NCBI GenBank assembly: GCA_010093815.1
Contig: ML996583.1
Reading direction: 5' to 3' (one strand)
DNA length: 64,000 bases
From: Pseudovirgaria hyperparasitica
Lineage: Eukaryota
Below the pieces are notes generated by a model. That model did no database searches and had not been told where the DNA came from. It saw nothing but the letters and a program-made list of their open reading frames with translations. A program made the translations under genes and the position numbers. Numbering within the stretch: position 1 is the stretch's first letter; each line of letters begins with the position of its first letter. Below, piece after piece: positions 51,001 through 64,000 of the stretch.

Positions 51001-52037
51001 AATCTCAACCCGAGCGAGTTCAGAAGCCACAGCGTACTGTGAGCAATGCTTCTCACAGCACCCTATCGAGCCTTCCACCCCCGAGTGCTGCTGCAAACGG
51101 ACTTCATTTCGCATTGAACTCCAAGCGTCCTAACATCCGCAGGAACGCTCCTCAGCAAGCCGCACGTCGCATACTTTCCCTTAGTCAGATAACCGGTAAT
51201 GTGCCCACGGGAGCGCAAGCCTATGCCGCATCTCCACAAACATCTTTCAACAACATAAAGCGCAGTCAGTCGGTTAAGCACCAATATGGAGGTAAAGCCC
51301 CTTGGGCCGGCAAGCGCGCCGTATCAGATGTGGCGAACAAAGAAAATGGTTCTCTAAAGGAAGAGTCAGAGCATAGCTATCACGATCTGAGCGTCGATAC
51401 GCAGGGGGATCATGATGTATCGGAAGCTCATGAATTGACTCTTGCGTCCCCCCACGAGTTAGACCAGGACGACCTTTGTAGCGACGCTGGAACGGAGCGT
51501 CGTCATAGTTATGATTCTCACATGGAAGGAATCACACCTGGCGCAGAATCTGATCGTCGCCTGAGTTACGAGACCAACGGCAGTGAACACACATATGGCA
51601 GCTCGTATGCATCAGGCAGCTCGTCTGGTACGTACCGCAGCACCAGTTACGGCTCGACCATGCGATCCACACTTGGGGCCGATACGGTGATCGATGAGGA
51701 AGACGAGGACCAGGCAAGCTTTAGGTCGGCATCTGAAGATGGTGATCCCGAAGACGAGGAGGTAGATCACACAAGCCGTCCGGCTTCCCCGAAAGGCAGT
51801 CCTGTTGTTACTCCAAGCTCCGAGGAAGTAGAAGCCAAGGATGTCCTGGGTGACTTGCCCTCCCCGAGCAAGCCGAATTTCGATACTGTCGGAGGATCTC
51901 CTCGCTCTAAAAGATTCATTTATGATAGCGATAGTGGACTAGGCACAGAGTTGCCTACTGCGAATGCGGGATCCGAGAGCGAGGCAGACTACTTTCGTCG
52001 ACAGGCTGAGGAGGAAAGCACATTGAGTGGAAATTGA
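45097..52037 (+). CDS. Very large uncharacterised coiled-coil/helical-repeat protein, 2288 aa
   Basis: Exon 45097-45194, intron 45195-45268, exon 45269-52037. N-terminal IPMWDSSDPERAPPPLPLNP, repeated acidic amphipathic helices (..ILDAIRxGLExLR..), a C-terminal coiled coil and an acidic tail. Confidence 0.85.
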
Positions 52038-52482
52038 GTAGAAGACATGTATGGATGAAGTGGTTGGCAAGTGTATTCACGTATTCTGTTGGTTGGATTG
52101 GGAAAGAGTCCAGTCCTAGAGACGGAGTTCCTTTGTTTCTACTTGGTAGCGTTATGAGGTTGGGAGCGTCCACGGTTGACTACTGGTTTGGCGACATTGG
52201 AGTCTGATTATGATAGTCGAGGATTGTTCCGGGATGCACATTTTATACTTTAGCCGATGAGTTGAGACTCTTCAATGGCCTTGGTTCTTATACTGTACGC
52301 GTGCACATCCATGTTCCCGTGCCAAAAGACCTGAATTTAATGCTCTACAACATGCATAATTTTGAAAAATCATATACAACATTGACTTCCGATACTAGAC
52401 GCCAAAGCCAATAATGTTCATAACAAGGAACGCCTAGCTGGGTATACAATATACACCAACTGCTCTCTTTCCGATAGACGAG

Positions 52483-55400
52483 CTACTCCACAGGTGCAAG
52501 GACATCAATACCTCCTGTTCCGACCTTGCCCACGCGCCCAACAACAATCCTTCCACTCGGTCCTTTTAGCGCATCACCATCCTGATTCAACACCGCATCG
52601 ATCAAAAAGTTGACACTCGTCTCGAAGCTCATCTTCGCAAACGGGCTCGAGTTGCTCGCCATGCTCATACGATTAAACGCCTTGAATCCGCCCTCTCGCG
52701 TCATGGTATCTGCAATCAAGTTCAGATGCCTGTTATCGACATCGATACCGTGGCCGCCAAAGACGGCATTCATCTCGCGGACTATGCTCGCGCGGCACGC
52801 TTCGACACCGTAGTATTTCAGCACAGATTGGATGTTGTTCGTGGAGATACGCGATTCGTCGATGACTGAGGACACCTCGTACGGCCACATTGCTGGGATG
52901 TTCTCGCCCTCGGTGGACAGTATGGGGATTTTGATTTTTTGGCCTGGGTTATTGGGATCTGGCGTGTCCACGAGCATATAGACGCACGAGGCGATGCCGG
53001 AGGTATTGCGGATGTAGACGGAGGAGCAGACTTGCTCGACGTGGTTGAGCATGAGGGTTTTGGGGGCAGTGGCGGAGTATTCGAGTGTGAATTTCAAGGA
53101 GTTTGGGCGGAATTTGACGGCGGTGACGTCGGCGTTGTAAGCTTTGATGGTGTCTTCAAAGTCCGCGAGGTTTGGTGTTGCCGAGGGCGCATCCGTCATT
53201 GAGGTGTCGGAATCATTATCGCCTTCGTCGTCGCTTGGACTGGAATCTGACCCGGCTTCTGACTCCACCGAGCCCTCACGGGCGCTACCATAGGCCTCAT
53301 CCTCTGGTGTGGCTTCTCGCTCTTCTCGCTCTTCGTTTGCCATCTCCTCCTCATCTTGATCCGGAGCGTCATAATCATCCTCGTCGTCTTTGTTTTGCCG
53401 TGCTTTTGCAGCGTCTGCATCGTCGTCTTCGTCTTCGACATCGCTGTCATCGTTGTCACCTCGTCTTCGAGTCTGTCGTGCCTCTTCAACGCGCCCAGCA
53501 GAAGCACCTATGTCAGGTAGGGCATCTGAGTCTTTGGCATTACTCAAGGAGCGCTCTTTAGCCTTCCTTTTGGCCTCGATTCGAACGCGCTTCTGAAGCC
53601 CGGGTATGAGTTTATCCTTAATAGCGTTCATGACGTCTGCAACCTTGATATTGTATTCTTCACAGTATTCTTTTGACGGATAGAAATGCAGTGAGATCTC
53701 ATACATCCTGGCCTCACCATGTCCGATGCCTTGGCCTAGCTTTTCAGTGACAGAGGCTGTATCGATGATGGCAGACAAGGGTAGACGATCCAAATACTTC
53801 GCAAGTTTCTGTCCTTCCTCCTCCGAAACGTTGTTTCTCAGGGGAAGGGTCATTTCTGGTGTAGATATCTTTGCACTGGCCGTCATCACAATCTCACGAA
53901 GGCGAGGAATACCGAGCGTGACGTTCTTAGAAGAGTGACCTGCCAAATGGAAAGTGTTCAGAGTCATCTGGGTCGAAGGCTCTCCAATTGACTGTCCTGC
54001 GACGATACCCACGGCCTCGCCAGGTTCCACTACGGACTTCAAGTATTTCATGTCCATAGCGTTCTCGAAATTCTTCTTCGTAACCGTATTCTGTCTCGTG
54101 ACCTGGCAAACAATGTCTGCTTTCTTCTTCTTGATTAATTTGTCCGGATTTGATTCCACATATTTCCTTCGCGCTTCGAAAAATCTCTCGGAAGTGCTTC
54201 CGCAATGGCGGCCTGGTGCAAACTGCGATAGTGCGGGATCGCTTGATCCGAGGTCTCCGGATCTCTTGAACTTCTTATGCGCAGCTTTGGTTGCATCAAT
54301 TGCTTCATCACTTTGTACTTTTGTGAAGTCTTCACGAAGGTTCGTAGACTCAACTAGTGACAAGAAGTTATCAGCCTGGAACTTGAAGTCTTCTAAATAG
54401 GCTGCTTTAGCGACGTCGAGGCCATCTTCGCCGTATAGAACCTGTACAAGACTACCGTCCGTGTCCCTAACCGAGGTATCGTATTCGACTTTCAAGCCCT
54501 CCATACCTTTGACGAGACAGCGTTGAAGGTACCCAGAGCGCGACGTCTTTACAGCGGTATCGATCAGACCTTCGCGACCAGCCATAGCGTGAAAATAATA
54601 CTCTTGAGGACGAATGCCGGTCAAAAATCGGTCGACGATATATCCACCAGCTCTGACATTTGTTTCGTATGGCTTAAAACACGGCAAACTTTTGCCGCTG
54701 ACCATGACTGGAACCCGACGACCTTCCAAAGTCTGTTGCCCAAGATTACAGGTGATGAGCTTCGCGTTAACATCACTTCCTTTGGCACCTGATTGGGTCA
54801 TGGTTTGCATGAAGTTTCTCGGAAAGGGTTTGATGAGTCCAACAGGAAGACAGGCGTTCGTTACAGCGGCAGACATGTCTTTCGTCGTTCCGTTGACCTT
54901 CAAATCCAATTTCTGTTGCAACTCATCGTCGCGTAAAACTCGTTCAAGCCTTATATCGAGCTCCTTGCATGATTTGGCGGATAGTGACACGTATTCCGAA
55001 GCAGCTTTCAAGCCAACTACATCGGCCTCCCTGAGCGCCTCCCTCCGGTTGCTTTCTCCGGTCGGTGTAAGAATCAGATCTTCTACACCACAAGAGAATG
55101 CATTCATATGTAGAAGCTTTGTAAGGAGTCGGCCTAGAGAACTGAGAAGCTTCCCGGCGGCGGTGTGCCCATAGGCCTCGTACACAGCGCTGACAAGACC
55201 TCCGTGCTTAGGGCCTATCTGTCTCTTATCCAGGATACCACAGAGGAATTCTCCGTCCTTAAAGATGACGACGCCTTCTTCGGAGCCCGGGCCCCAAAGC
55301 TTTGGGCTAGTCTGAGACTTCGATTTCAGGGTAAGTCCTGGGTGACTTGCTGGTTTTAAGTTCTTTAATAATGTTGTGATAACCTGCTTACCAGTCCAAC

Positions 55401-57703
55401 GTGGACTTGGCTTGAATATGGCAGGTGCCACGGTCTCAATGACTCCTGTTGTGGTATGGTTGTCCTCTGGTCTGAGTGCAGCATATACGAGCTGCTGATA
55501 ATGATCGCGGTCGAATAGAGTGTCACGATTACATAACCATACACTGATTGAGATATGATCTTGAATCAGACCACGTAAAGGTGCGCCTGCAGTACCAGAC
55601 AGATACTGGTGATCCGTATCTGCAATCATAAGCGCTTCTGCTCGTGCAATCTCGTTCTGTGGAAAATGCATGTTCATCTCGTCTCCATCGAAATCTGCAT
55701 TATATGTGTTACAATTTGAATAGTGCATACGAATGGTTTTTTCGCCAGGAAGCACCCTAGCACGGTGGGCCATCATCGAAGGTTTGTGCAAGGTGGGTTG
55801 TCTGTTCATTATCACGACATCTCCGTTATTGAGATGCCGATGGACCTTTTTATTCCTGGCGCCGATTGCACTCGTATTCGACGGGGCTAACAGCTGGTTG
55901 GCGACTGCCAGTCGTTCCTCGTCATTCTTTCTCAGCAGGCTGGTGACGACACCATCCTCTGACTCGACAGCGACAGCGCCAGGCCATTTCCTTGGTCCAT
56001 TAATGACTGCTTGCTTCAGTTCGTAGAAGTTATGATTGGTAACCGGTTCCGGATAGGTCAGCCTCTGAGCAAATACCGGAGGCACACCTATCTCATTTGT
56101 CTCGATGTTGGGATCGGGCGAAATAACACTACGCGCCGCATAGTTCACCCGCTTCCCCATCATGTTCATTCGAAACAGTCCTGCCTTCTTTTCCAGCACT
56201 TGCTTGATACCGTTCGCGGCTTGTTTTGCAGTAACAGAATTCAAAGGCGCCCCTCTAGTATTATCTGAGAGTGAATTCACCGCTTCTTGCAGCTGCAACC
56301 AGGTTCTCTGCAATTCATTCATTGATGAGGCCCTTATTGCAAGCTCCTCATTTGCATCATTGATACGCTTCGTCGCTGTGCTCATTTGCTCACTGAGTTT
56401 TAGTATGCTGTTGTAGATCTTGTTACGTTGGTGCTCCGATACACCAGCAGGAGTCTTGTCGGTCGGTCTATATTTGTTTGGAGATATAAGTAGTGTCTTG
56501 ATGAAAAAGATGTCCGGACTGAGGCGTTTAAGGTCTCGTGCATGAGTATGAGGGGTGTATATCATGGTCAATATGTCCTGCTCGCGATCAAAGAGGAGTT
56601 GCAGGGCTGCTCGGACTTCTTCAGAGCTGATATATAGCTGTGTCTCCTTCTCTTGCGTGCCTGGTTGTGTTGTGGCGGTTGTCATGGACGCTTCCGCCTG
56701 TATAATGTCGCCAGTCATATCGTTCATCTGCAGGTCCTCACTATCTTCTTCTCCTTCTTCATCTTCGCTGTGGGCCGAGTCCAAATCAGCGACAGCCTCG
56801 TCGACGTCCATCTTCCTCGCATGCTTTTCAAGAGCTTCCTTTTGTCGTTGAACGAGAAGGACCGGGTTGCCGATCTTCCTGGTAACAGTGTCATTCTGTT
56901 TTTTCTGCTTTTCGCTGAACGGCATCTTGAATATCTTTGTATATCGATCCTTTCGAAACTTTGGCGAAACACCTTTACAATCCTCACGCGCGCATTTTGT
57001 GGCTTTCCCAAGATCTTGGAACAAATCCCGTAGTGCAGCTTTGCGCGCAGAAGCAATCGTAGTAGAGATCTGTTCGCACTGTCCAGACTGCTTATTCGCA
57101 CTCCTTGAGCGTTTAATTGCTTTGTTGATGAACCTGATTCTCTCTTCGGAATTCGTGCTCTCATCCTCGTCGTCGCTGGCGTTATCTTTCTGTTCACCTT
57201 TCCTTGTTCGCCCTAGCCCTAGCTGTTCCATTTCTCCAATTTCATTCAAGAGACCGTGGCGAAGTAGTAACAAGACCGACCGGTAGTAATCGATAGTATC
57301 GGGCGACAGTCGGAAGTGGTGGCAGAAGATACATTTCGCTCGGAGCAGCTTCAGTATCTGGTCCATGAGAAGCGGATGGTACAAATGGACAGGCAGCTCT
57401 ATATGACCACAGTGTCCTTGACAACTGAATCTGTCTTGATTACATGTTGTACATCTATTGTGCCTCGTGTTAGAACGACCTCATACCGTAGTCACTTCTG
57501 GGCCCATTTTAGACAAACCTGTTATCCTCCCACGCCCCAAGAGCAGGATCCAGCAAGCCTCCAGGGACCCAGTTCAACAGAATAGGATCTATCGAAAGTG
57601 GGTTCGTCAATCTCTTTACAGAGAGTTGCCGTATCTCTTCCGCCGGGAGGAACCCAAAGCTCACATCCTCGATGGTGGACGAAACAGGTTGCGAAATATT
57701 CAT
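52483..57703 (-). CDS. RPA190: RNA polymerase I largest subunit, 1718 aa
   Basis: N-terminal Zn sites CTTC..CQGHCGH (intron 57455-57518), MGKRVNYAARSVISPD, catalytic NADFDGD, TAVKTSRSGY, GEPSTQMTLNTFH and the acidic Pol I expander; no CTD. Confidence 0.97.
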
Positions 57704-58033
57704 TGCCCCCACTGGCTACCACCGAGGTAGGCTTGTCAATATTGGTGAAGCTCGAGCGAGGGAATTGTTCTACGTCAGTTACTTCTGCAACGTCTTTGGC
57801 GCAAAGCTCAGAATTGACTATCCCGGATGGCAAAAAAGTTGAGCTCGGACCATGGCAGAATTTTGGTGGGTCGAGCTAACGAAAAGGCGGTACTAATTAG
57901 GTTCAGGTAAGCACGTCACGTCACGTCGAACTGCTACAGACAACCTTTCACTCAGTCCAGGCTCGACTCGACTGCATCATCGCATCGATTCCAGTCCCAG
58001 ACATTCGTCCAGACATCGGGCACGGTGACCATA

Positions 58034-59893
58034 ATGCCTGAGAAGCGACATCTCGACGATGGGAGCGGGTTGGAGAACGACAACAAACGACCACGCTCAA
58101 ACAACGCATCGCCTGCCCCAAATGGTGCTCCGAAAATGGACTTGACCGCGAAAATAGCAGAGGCCAGAGCAAGGGCAGCGCAAGTTGCAGCAAGGCATGG
58201 ATCAAAGCAACGACCGCCTCCAAGTGGGCCACCAGTGCAGTCGCCCATCGAGATCGCGAGAGCTAAAGCTGCGGCGTTTAGCCAACGCACCTCGTCTGCT
58301 GCATCCAACGCTCATGAGACGCCAAAACCTACTCCAGGCGAGCTAGCAAGAGCTAAAGCTGAGGCTTTGAGGAAACGTAAGGCGCTGGAGCTGGCGAACC
58401 AGCCAAGCGAGAACTTGACAAAAAGAAGACAAGATGAAACCATTGCGCAGTATAGAGAAAGGATCGGAGGAGGACTAGGTATAGGACTGCACCCGGCCCT
58501 GCAGGATTCACCGGAGACAAAGGCGGAACCATTGAAGGAAGTGGAAAGATCGAAGACGAGTCGCCGACGCGAACCTTCTCCGAGGCGTCCTATGTCAGAG
58601 GACGTGGAAGCAAAGGACAATCCTTACCTGTCTAAAGATGTCGATGCTGAGACCGAGGGAGCTCGTTCTCGCCCAGCTCGTGCTTTGATCTTCAATCCCC
58701 ACGGAAAGTTCATTGAGGAAGCTGCGAAAGAGCGACGCAGGAAGCAGCTGGAAGAAATGCGTGGCTTGTTGCAAGGCGTAGAGAAGGCACAGGAGCAATT
58801 AGGTCCGGAGAGAGCATTTGTCATTGAAGAACCTCCAGAGATCGAATGGTGGGACGAATCCTTCGTGAATGGCACAGACTACACAAATCTGGATGCGCCT
58901 GGCAAGCTGAAGCTTGATGGAGACGACAGTCTTATCACTATATACGTTCTGCACCCTGTACCAATTCAGCCGCCACAGGAAAAGAATGCCCCTCCTCCAA
59001 AACCACTATATCTCACAAAGAAGGAAATGGCCAAGAATCGCCGCACTCGCCGTAAGGCCGACCTTAAGGACGAACAAGCGAAGATCCGACTCGGGTTGGT
59101 CGAGCCACCACCACCAAAGGTGAAGAAGTCCAATCTTATGCGTGTTCTCGGCAACCAGGCGGTTCAAGATCCAACAGCTGTCGAAGCTCGTGTGAACCGC
59201 GAAATTGAAGAACGTCTCGCTAAGCACGAAGCGGCCAACGCTGACAGAGCTCTCACAAAGGAGGAGCGAGGCGAGAAACTGGTCAAGCGGCAGCTCGGAG
59301 ATGCTGCCAAGGGTATTCATGTCGCTTTGTACCGCATCGGGAATCTCAGCTACGGCAAACATCGCTATCAGATAGACCAGAACGCTAAGCAGCAGGCGCT
59401 CACTGGAATTGGCATCATGACACCCAACATGAACATAGTCATCGTCGAGGGTGGCCAGCGTGCCCTTCAGCTATATCGCAAGCTCATGCAACGTCGTATC
59501 AAATGGCACGAGAATTTCAGTCGCCCAAAGAAGAACTCAGGCGAAGATGAGGAAGAGGATGAGGCAGAGGAAGGCCCGCCAGAATCTAAGCATGCCTTCA
59601 TGTCACAATATGACGAGAATGGCGATCTGAAGGACAATTCGGAGAACAAGTGCATCCTGGTCTGGGAGGGTGAAGTCAAGGAGCGTTCGTTCAGGCAGTG
59701 GCGAGGCATGAGAGCCTGTGAAACTGAGCAAGAGGCCAAGGATCAGTTGTCGAAGTTCAAGATGGAGAACATGTGGAACTTGGCGAAGGCAGCGGACATG
59801 ACCGAAGTCCAAACCATCTGGACTCATGATCCTACGCAGGCAAAGAAGCAGGAGGAAGACCAGCTCGATGCCGGACTAGACGACTACGAATGA
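58034..59893 (+). CDS. PRP3: U4/U6 snRNP protein Prp3, 619 aa
   Basis: IEWWD, LYLTKKE, KIRLGLVEPPPPKVKKSNLMRVLG..DPTAVEARV, NAKQQALTG, YRKLMQRRIKW and CILVWEG. Confidence 0.94.
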   Translation: MPEKRHLDDGSGLENDNKRPRSNNASPAPNGAPKMDLTAKIAEARARAAQVAARHGSKQRPPPSGPPVQSPIEIARAKAAAFSQRTSSAASNAHETPKPTPGELARAKAEALRKRKALELANQPSENLTKRRQDETIAQYRERIGGGLGIGLHPALQDSPETKAEPLKEVERSKTSRRREPSPRRPMSEDVEAKDNPYLSKDVDAETEGARSRPARALIFNPHGKFIEEAAKERRRKQLEEMRGLLQGVEKAQEQLGPERAFVIEEPPEIEWWDESFVNGTDYTNLDAPGKLKLDGDDSLITIYVLHPVPIQPPQEKNAPPPKPLYLTKKEMAKNRRTRRKADLKDEQAKIRLGLVEPPPPKVKKSNLMRVLGNQAVQDPTAVEARVNREIEERLAKHEAANADRALTKEERGEKLVKRQLGDAAKGIHVALYRIGNLSYGKHRYQIDQNAKQQALTGIGIMTPNMNIVIVEGGQRALQLYRKLMQRRIKWHENFSRPKKNSGEDEEEDEAEEGPPESKHAFMSQYDENGDLKDNSENKCILVWEGEVKERSFRQWRGMRACETEQEAKDQLSKFKMENMWNLAKAADMTEVQTIWTHDPTQAKKQEEDQLDAGLDDYE

Positions 59894-62800
59894 GGTGAGC
59901 AGTGTTAACCACTAGCCAAATTGAATCAATTGTACCTAGCTGACAGCTAGGCTCCGATGTCATTTGAGGTCGAACTTTCGTCACTGGGGTAGGTAGGAAA
60001 AGGTCTAACATAGCGTCGGCGCTTGTAATTTTATAAGCATGAAAACGAAAAGGCGGGCTGACCCGACGACGGACCTCGTCGATTTGTACTCTACATAGCT
60101 ATCACCTGCCATCGTTTGCCCACGTATAGGCACAATATGCTCTACCAGAGACCAATCCAGGCATATGTGTATATTCTGTCAATCGCACTGATGTCTTGTG
60201 TTCTCGACCTTAGTCCTTACAACACCTCCTTCCCAACCTTTGTTCGCCACTATAACGCTGAGATTTATGTTCATTCTTTGACTGGCCAAGTTTTGCTCTT
60301 CGCTTCCATTGCCACTTCTGCACGTCCAGGTCTCCATGCACGTATCACGAATCCCGAAATCCCATCACAAAGCCCCCCCCCCGAGCAACTCACGCCATTT
60401 TTCGATGCCACGACTCGAGTAACCCTGGTATCCTTAAAGATCTGTGGGCACGCGCTGACGTGAGGCTGCGACATAACTCATCAACCAGTCTGATCAGTCC
60501 CCATCATCATACAACCCCATACTCCGGGCAGACTCTACGGTACTGGCGGAAGAAATTCTGGCTATATTTCAGTCTGGACCAGGGAAAGGACTTTGTCAAA
60601 ATCCACGTAGCACATCGGTAGAACGTCTCATTGGCAGTCATTTCGTTCTTGATATATTACTCCCTCAGGCTCATGTACCTAAGCGCTATCGTTTCGTATT
60701 CTCGTGTGGCATATTGCATAAGTCCTTCGATTGGCGCAGAGATGGCTCGAGTGATTGCGTTGTAGGAGTTGCAGGAGTCTAGAGGAAAAGTCCTGCCGGC
60801 ATGCCACATCACAGCAACCAGCATTACACCCGCGGGGAACCAGTATGGTGGATGTGTCCAGTAAACGGACGCAGAGTCATCTGGCTATCTGTGTAGAAAC
60901 TGCTTTGTTGTAAGCTTCCGTTCTTGGCGTGGGATTAATTTCTTGACGGCATGTCTTGACCCCTGACCGCGACTGTGTCGACAATGTGTCAAAACGTGGA
61001 GGTTGTGTCGGGTCCTTCCGAGGATAGAGGAATGCTCTGAATAATCAGGCTGTCGTAAAGTCGACCTGCATCGGGTCGCTCGCAACGATGTCTAATCTCG
61101 TGTCATGCGTTCTCGGGGACGGAAAATCTTGAAACTGAGCCGGTCACATCGACTCCACCTCAAAGTTTTCTGTTGATTAAGGAATCGTTTACGGAAGGTG
61201 ATGATAGCTCTTATGGTGATCACTTCTTCGAAGACGCGGCATATGCTACTGTCTACTGGGATACGATTTACGAGCAAGCCAGGATGAGAGGCAACATCAA
61301 CTTGCTTCACGGTATATATCGACAGTGAGCCAAGGAAGAAGCTATTCAGTATACTGCTCACGGAATGACAGCCTCAAAGACGGCACTCAATCTTTATTTC
61401 TAGATCTGATATCGATTGACACAGCATCAACCCATCGCCGATGCTCCGGTGCGTATCCCAGTAGTCGATAATTAATACATAGTATCAACTAATACTCGGC
61501 TCAACCGGCTGGCATTTGCATGATTTCAAAAGCCTCCGTCATTGACAGACTGTAATGAAGGACATCTCAGCCAATGCAGAACCATGAATCTTCCGGAGAA
61601 TCCGGACCAATCTCTATTCTTGCTGCCTAGTTCCACAGCATTCTCATATTCCAGAAGTCGTGTCCTACCTAGCGTTTCTATTCGGTATATGTCTAAGTCT
61701 GTCTTGATCGGAATGTCTCACGCCTTGCCGTGGGATAGAGAGTGTGAGAAGGCGCAGTTTGATTCGTGTCTAAACATCGTGCTGTGTGCTTGAGCATTTC
61801 CTTGACACTGCCTACTGGACATGGGATTCTGTGTCAGGGATAAGGAATAGTAGCTATGTGTGTGCTTATGTGTCTGCGAGGGTATGTCTCGAGATGGTAT
61901 GTCGATACGTCGAAAGAGCATGACAAGAAACGAAAAGAGTGACAGCACATGCCCATGCTTTCCATTCCTTACATTTCACGAACAACACAGCTGTACTATG
62001 TAGAGCTCCGCACGATTGGCCTTTCCCTCCACACAAGTCATACAACACTATCAAACATAATGTGTTAAAGCTCAGGTATATCCTCATTCAACACCTACCA
62101 GAATCTCCCTGATAGCTCCCACGTAATAATCTAAGCCAACGTACCTCAGCCTGACCTATTAGTCACACAGTCTATATTGAAAGCCCAAACACAGAGTCGT
62201 AATATTGCTTTCAACGAGATCGAGATAGTAGGTGCTCAATTGTAGGGAGACCGTGGATATACGGTCATTCAGGTATCCGTGGGGATTAAATGGCATGCTG
62301 CTCGGGAGTGAAATTGTAAAAGGAACTGGATGGATCGTCGTATGCTTCAGTGTCTGTGAGAGGCTCAGGGTGTGACGCACTTGGGATACATCAGTAATTG
62401 ACATGCATGCATCATGGTCGCGCCTGGAAGATTGGTTGCCGTTTGGCAATTGTTGGGCAAAAGCCCTATCTTTGCTCAGCAACTATCACGAAGATGGTAC
62501 GGTTTCCTTATTCCAGGGCGATAGTTCAACACACATCGGGCACACACTTCAACATTGAACACAATCGCTGTGGTTGATTTCTAGATTCGATGGACATAAA
62601 ATCAAACCACAGAAGACCGTGATTAAGGCATCATAACATGAGTGTCTCTCTGTATATCACGAGCCGCGATAGCCGTTGTACGGCTGACCATTTGGAAGCT
62701 AGGCTATTCCTTCCTGTTTGAGCTTGAAGTCTCACGGTGGTCATGATGGGTGGGCGGGTCGGTGATCAGCAAGGAAACTAGAATTCGCAGGCAGCTCATG

Positions 62801-64000
62801 GCGAGCAGCGGAACGCCGTCTGATCAAGATGTTCAACAGACAAGGAGTACCGGCACGTTTCTATCGGTCTGTAAGGACTGCGTTGGCATCAAAAGAAAAA
62901 GCACCGATGCAACGTCGTGCAGATACCCGCCTCCATTGCCAACACGGCGGCTGTATGATGCAGGTGTATATGTATGAGCCAAAGGCAAAAAGGGTAACAA
63001 CGCCGTGTTCGGAACGTTCGATGATCGGCCACAACAGCGCCGACGGGACAGCGATAATGGCTGCAGTAGCAGACGATCACGATACGTAGGGTAGGCATCT
63101 GAGCCTTGCGTGGGTAGTTGTGCCGATCAAGCAACTCTTGCACCGGTCGATCGTGTCATCAGAATCGCACGAGAAGGACAAGTTCTTGTACCAGGGTGTG
63201 TGTACACATAGTACGGTATGGGATGGTATATAGCAGGGTTTCTGCGCCGCTGTGGCTGGCTCGACCGCATGCCTGCTCCGTAGAAGATGAAAGCGCTGAA
63301 GGCTAATGCAACAGCGACAAGAGATCGTCGCGGCGCGTACCCTTGGGGAAATCCGAGAATGCTTGTCAAAACCGGTACTAGCACGGAGAGCAACCCGAGT
63401 TGGGCAGAGTGTGTTATACAGTTGACTGGTCTGGTCGGGTTCAAAGGAAACCTCCATCCCTCAGACTAGAGCCCTACTAGTCGGAAGTAAGGGGGCGCGA
63501 ATGAACGACCAAACGCTGGATGCGAACTATCAGATTGCAGGATGGGGAATAGTCCCGCAAACAAATGGCGTCTACCGATTGCTGAAAGCAATTGTCGATA
63601 CCCAAAGCGCCGACAGGCCGACGTTCTAGAATATAGATTCTTCTGGGCTAGTACAATGCGGAAGACGCGAAGGAACACTACCACACGTGCAGGCTTGACT
63701 TTCGCGTGGGATAGGTGATTGCGGCACAGCAGGTTCCTTTGTAAGTAATGGGAACAAATAGTCCAAGGACGACTTTCCGCATCAGGCATATGATGCTGAA
63801 TCGACGACCGGTGCCATCTGTCACTGGCTGTGGCGCGCGACGCGGACCGCCTAATGTGGTTCGTGAGGCACATTGCACATTCAGGTATAGTGTTTGACAC
63901 AGGTGACTGGAGAACGTGTTTCTGGTCGAGTCGAGCAGCAAGTATGGACAAGACAATTGCTTTTCAAGGCTTGTAGGTCATTGTCAGGCTACTTTACCCA

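Overview
Eukaryotic, intron-containing filamentous-ascomycete DNA (Pezizomycotina; Dothideomycete-like by impression only). I reconstructed 15 protein-coding genes with splice sites, in order: the 3' part of a Dal5-type MFS permease, GPN3, S-adenosylmethionine synthetase, a Sec24-family COPII protein, RPL28 (uL15), CNS1, a Num1/Mcp5-type PH-domain coiled-coil protein, TPS2, a Trf4/Cid-family nucleotidyltransferase, a secreted protein, a Gre2-like SDR, RPN6, a 2288-aa coiled-coil protein, RPA190 and PRP3. Two multi-kb microsatellite islands lie between convergent gene pairs (about 9.7-13.4 kb and 23.7-27.0 kb), and both carry CpA->TpA (RIP-like) damage. I recognised no tRNA, rRNA, intact transposon or CRISPR array. 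The most interesting candidates are (1) a nested, GC-rich structured RNA-like element at about 13.47-13.82 kb, downstream of a cryptic intron or CT-rich tract, (2) a possibly mitochondrial non-canonical poly(A) polymerase with an apparent Asp->Gln at the third catalytic position, (3) an apparently catalytically dead SDR with a ~230-aa insertion, and (4) a three-copy tandem repeat recording progressive RIP. All assignments come from motif recognition by eye; no database searches were run.
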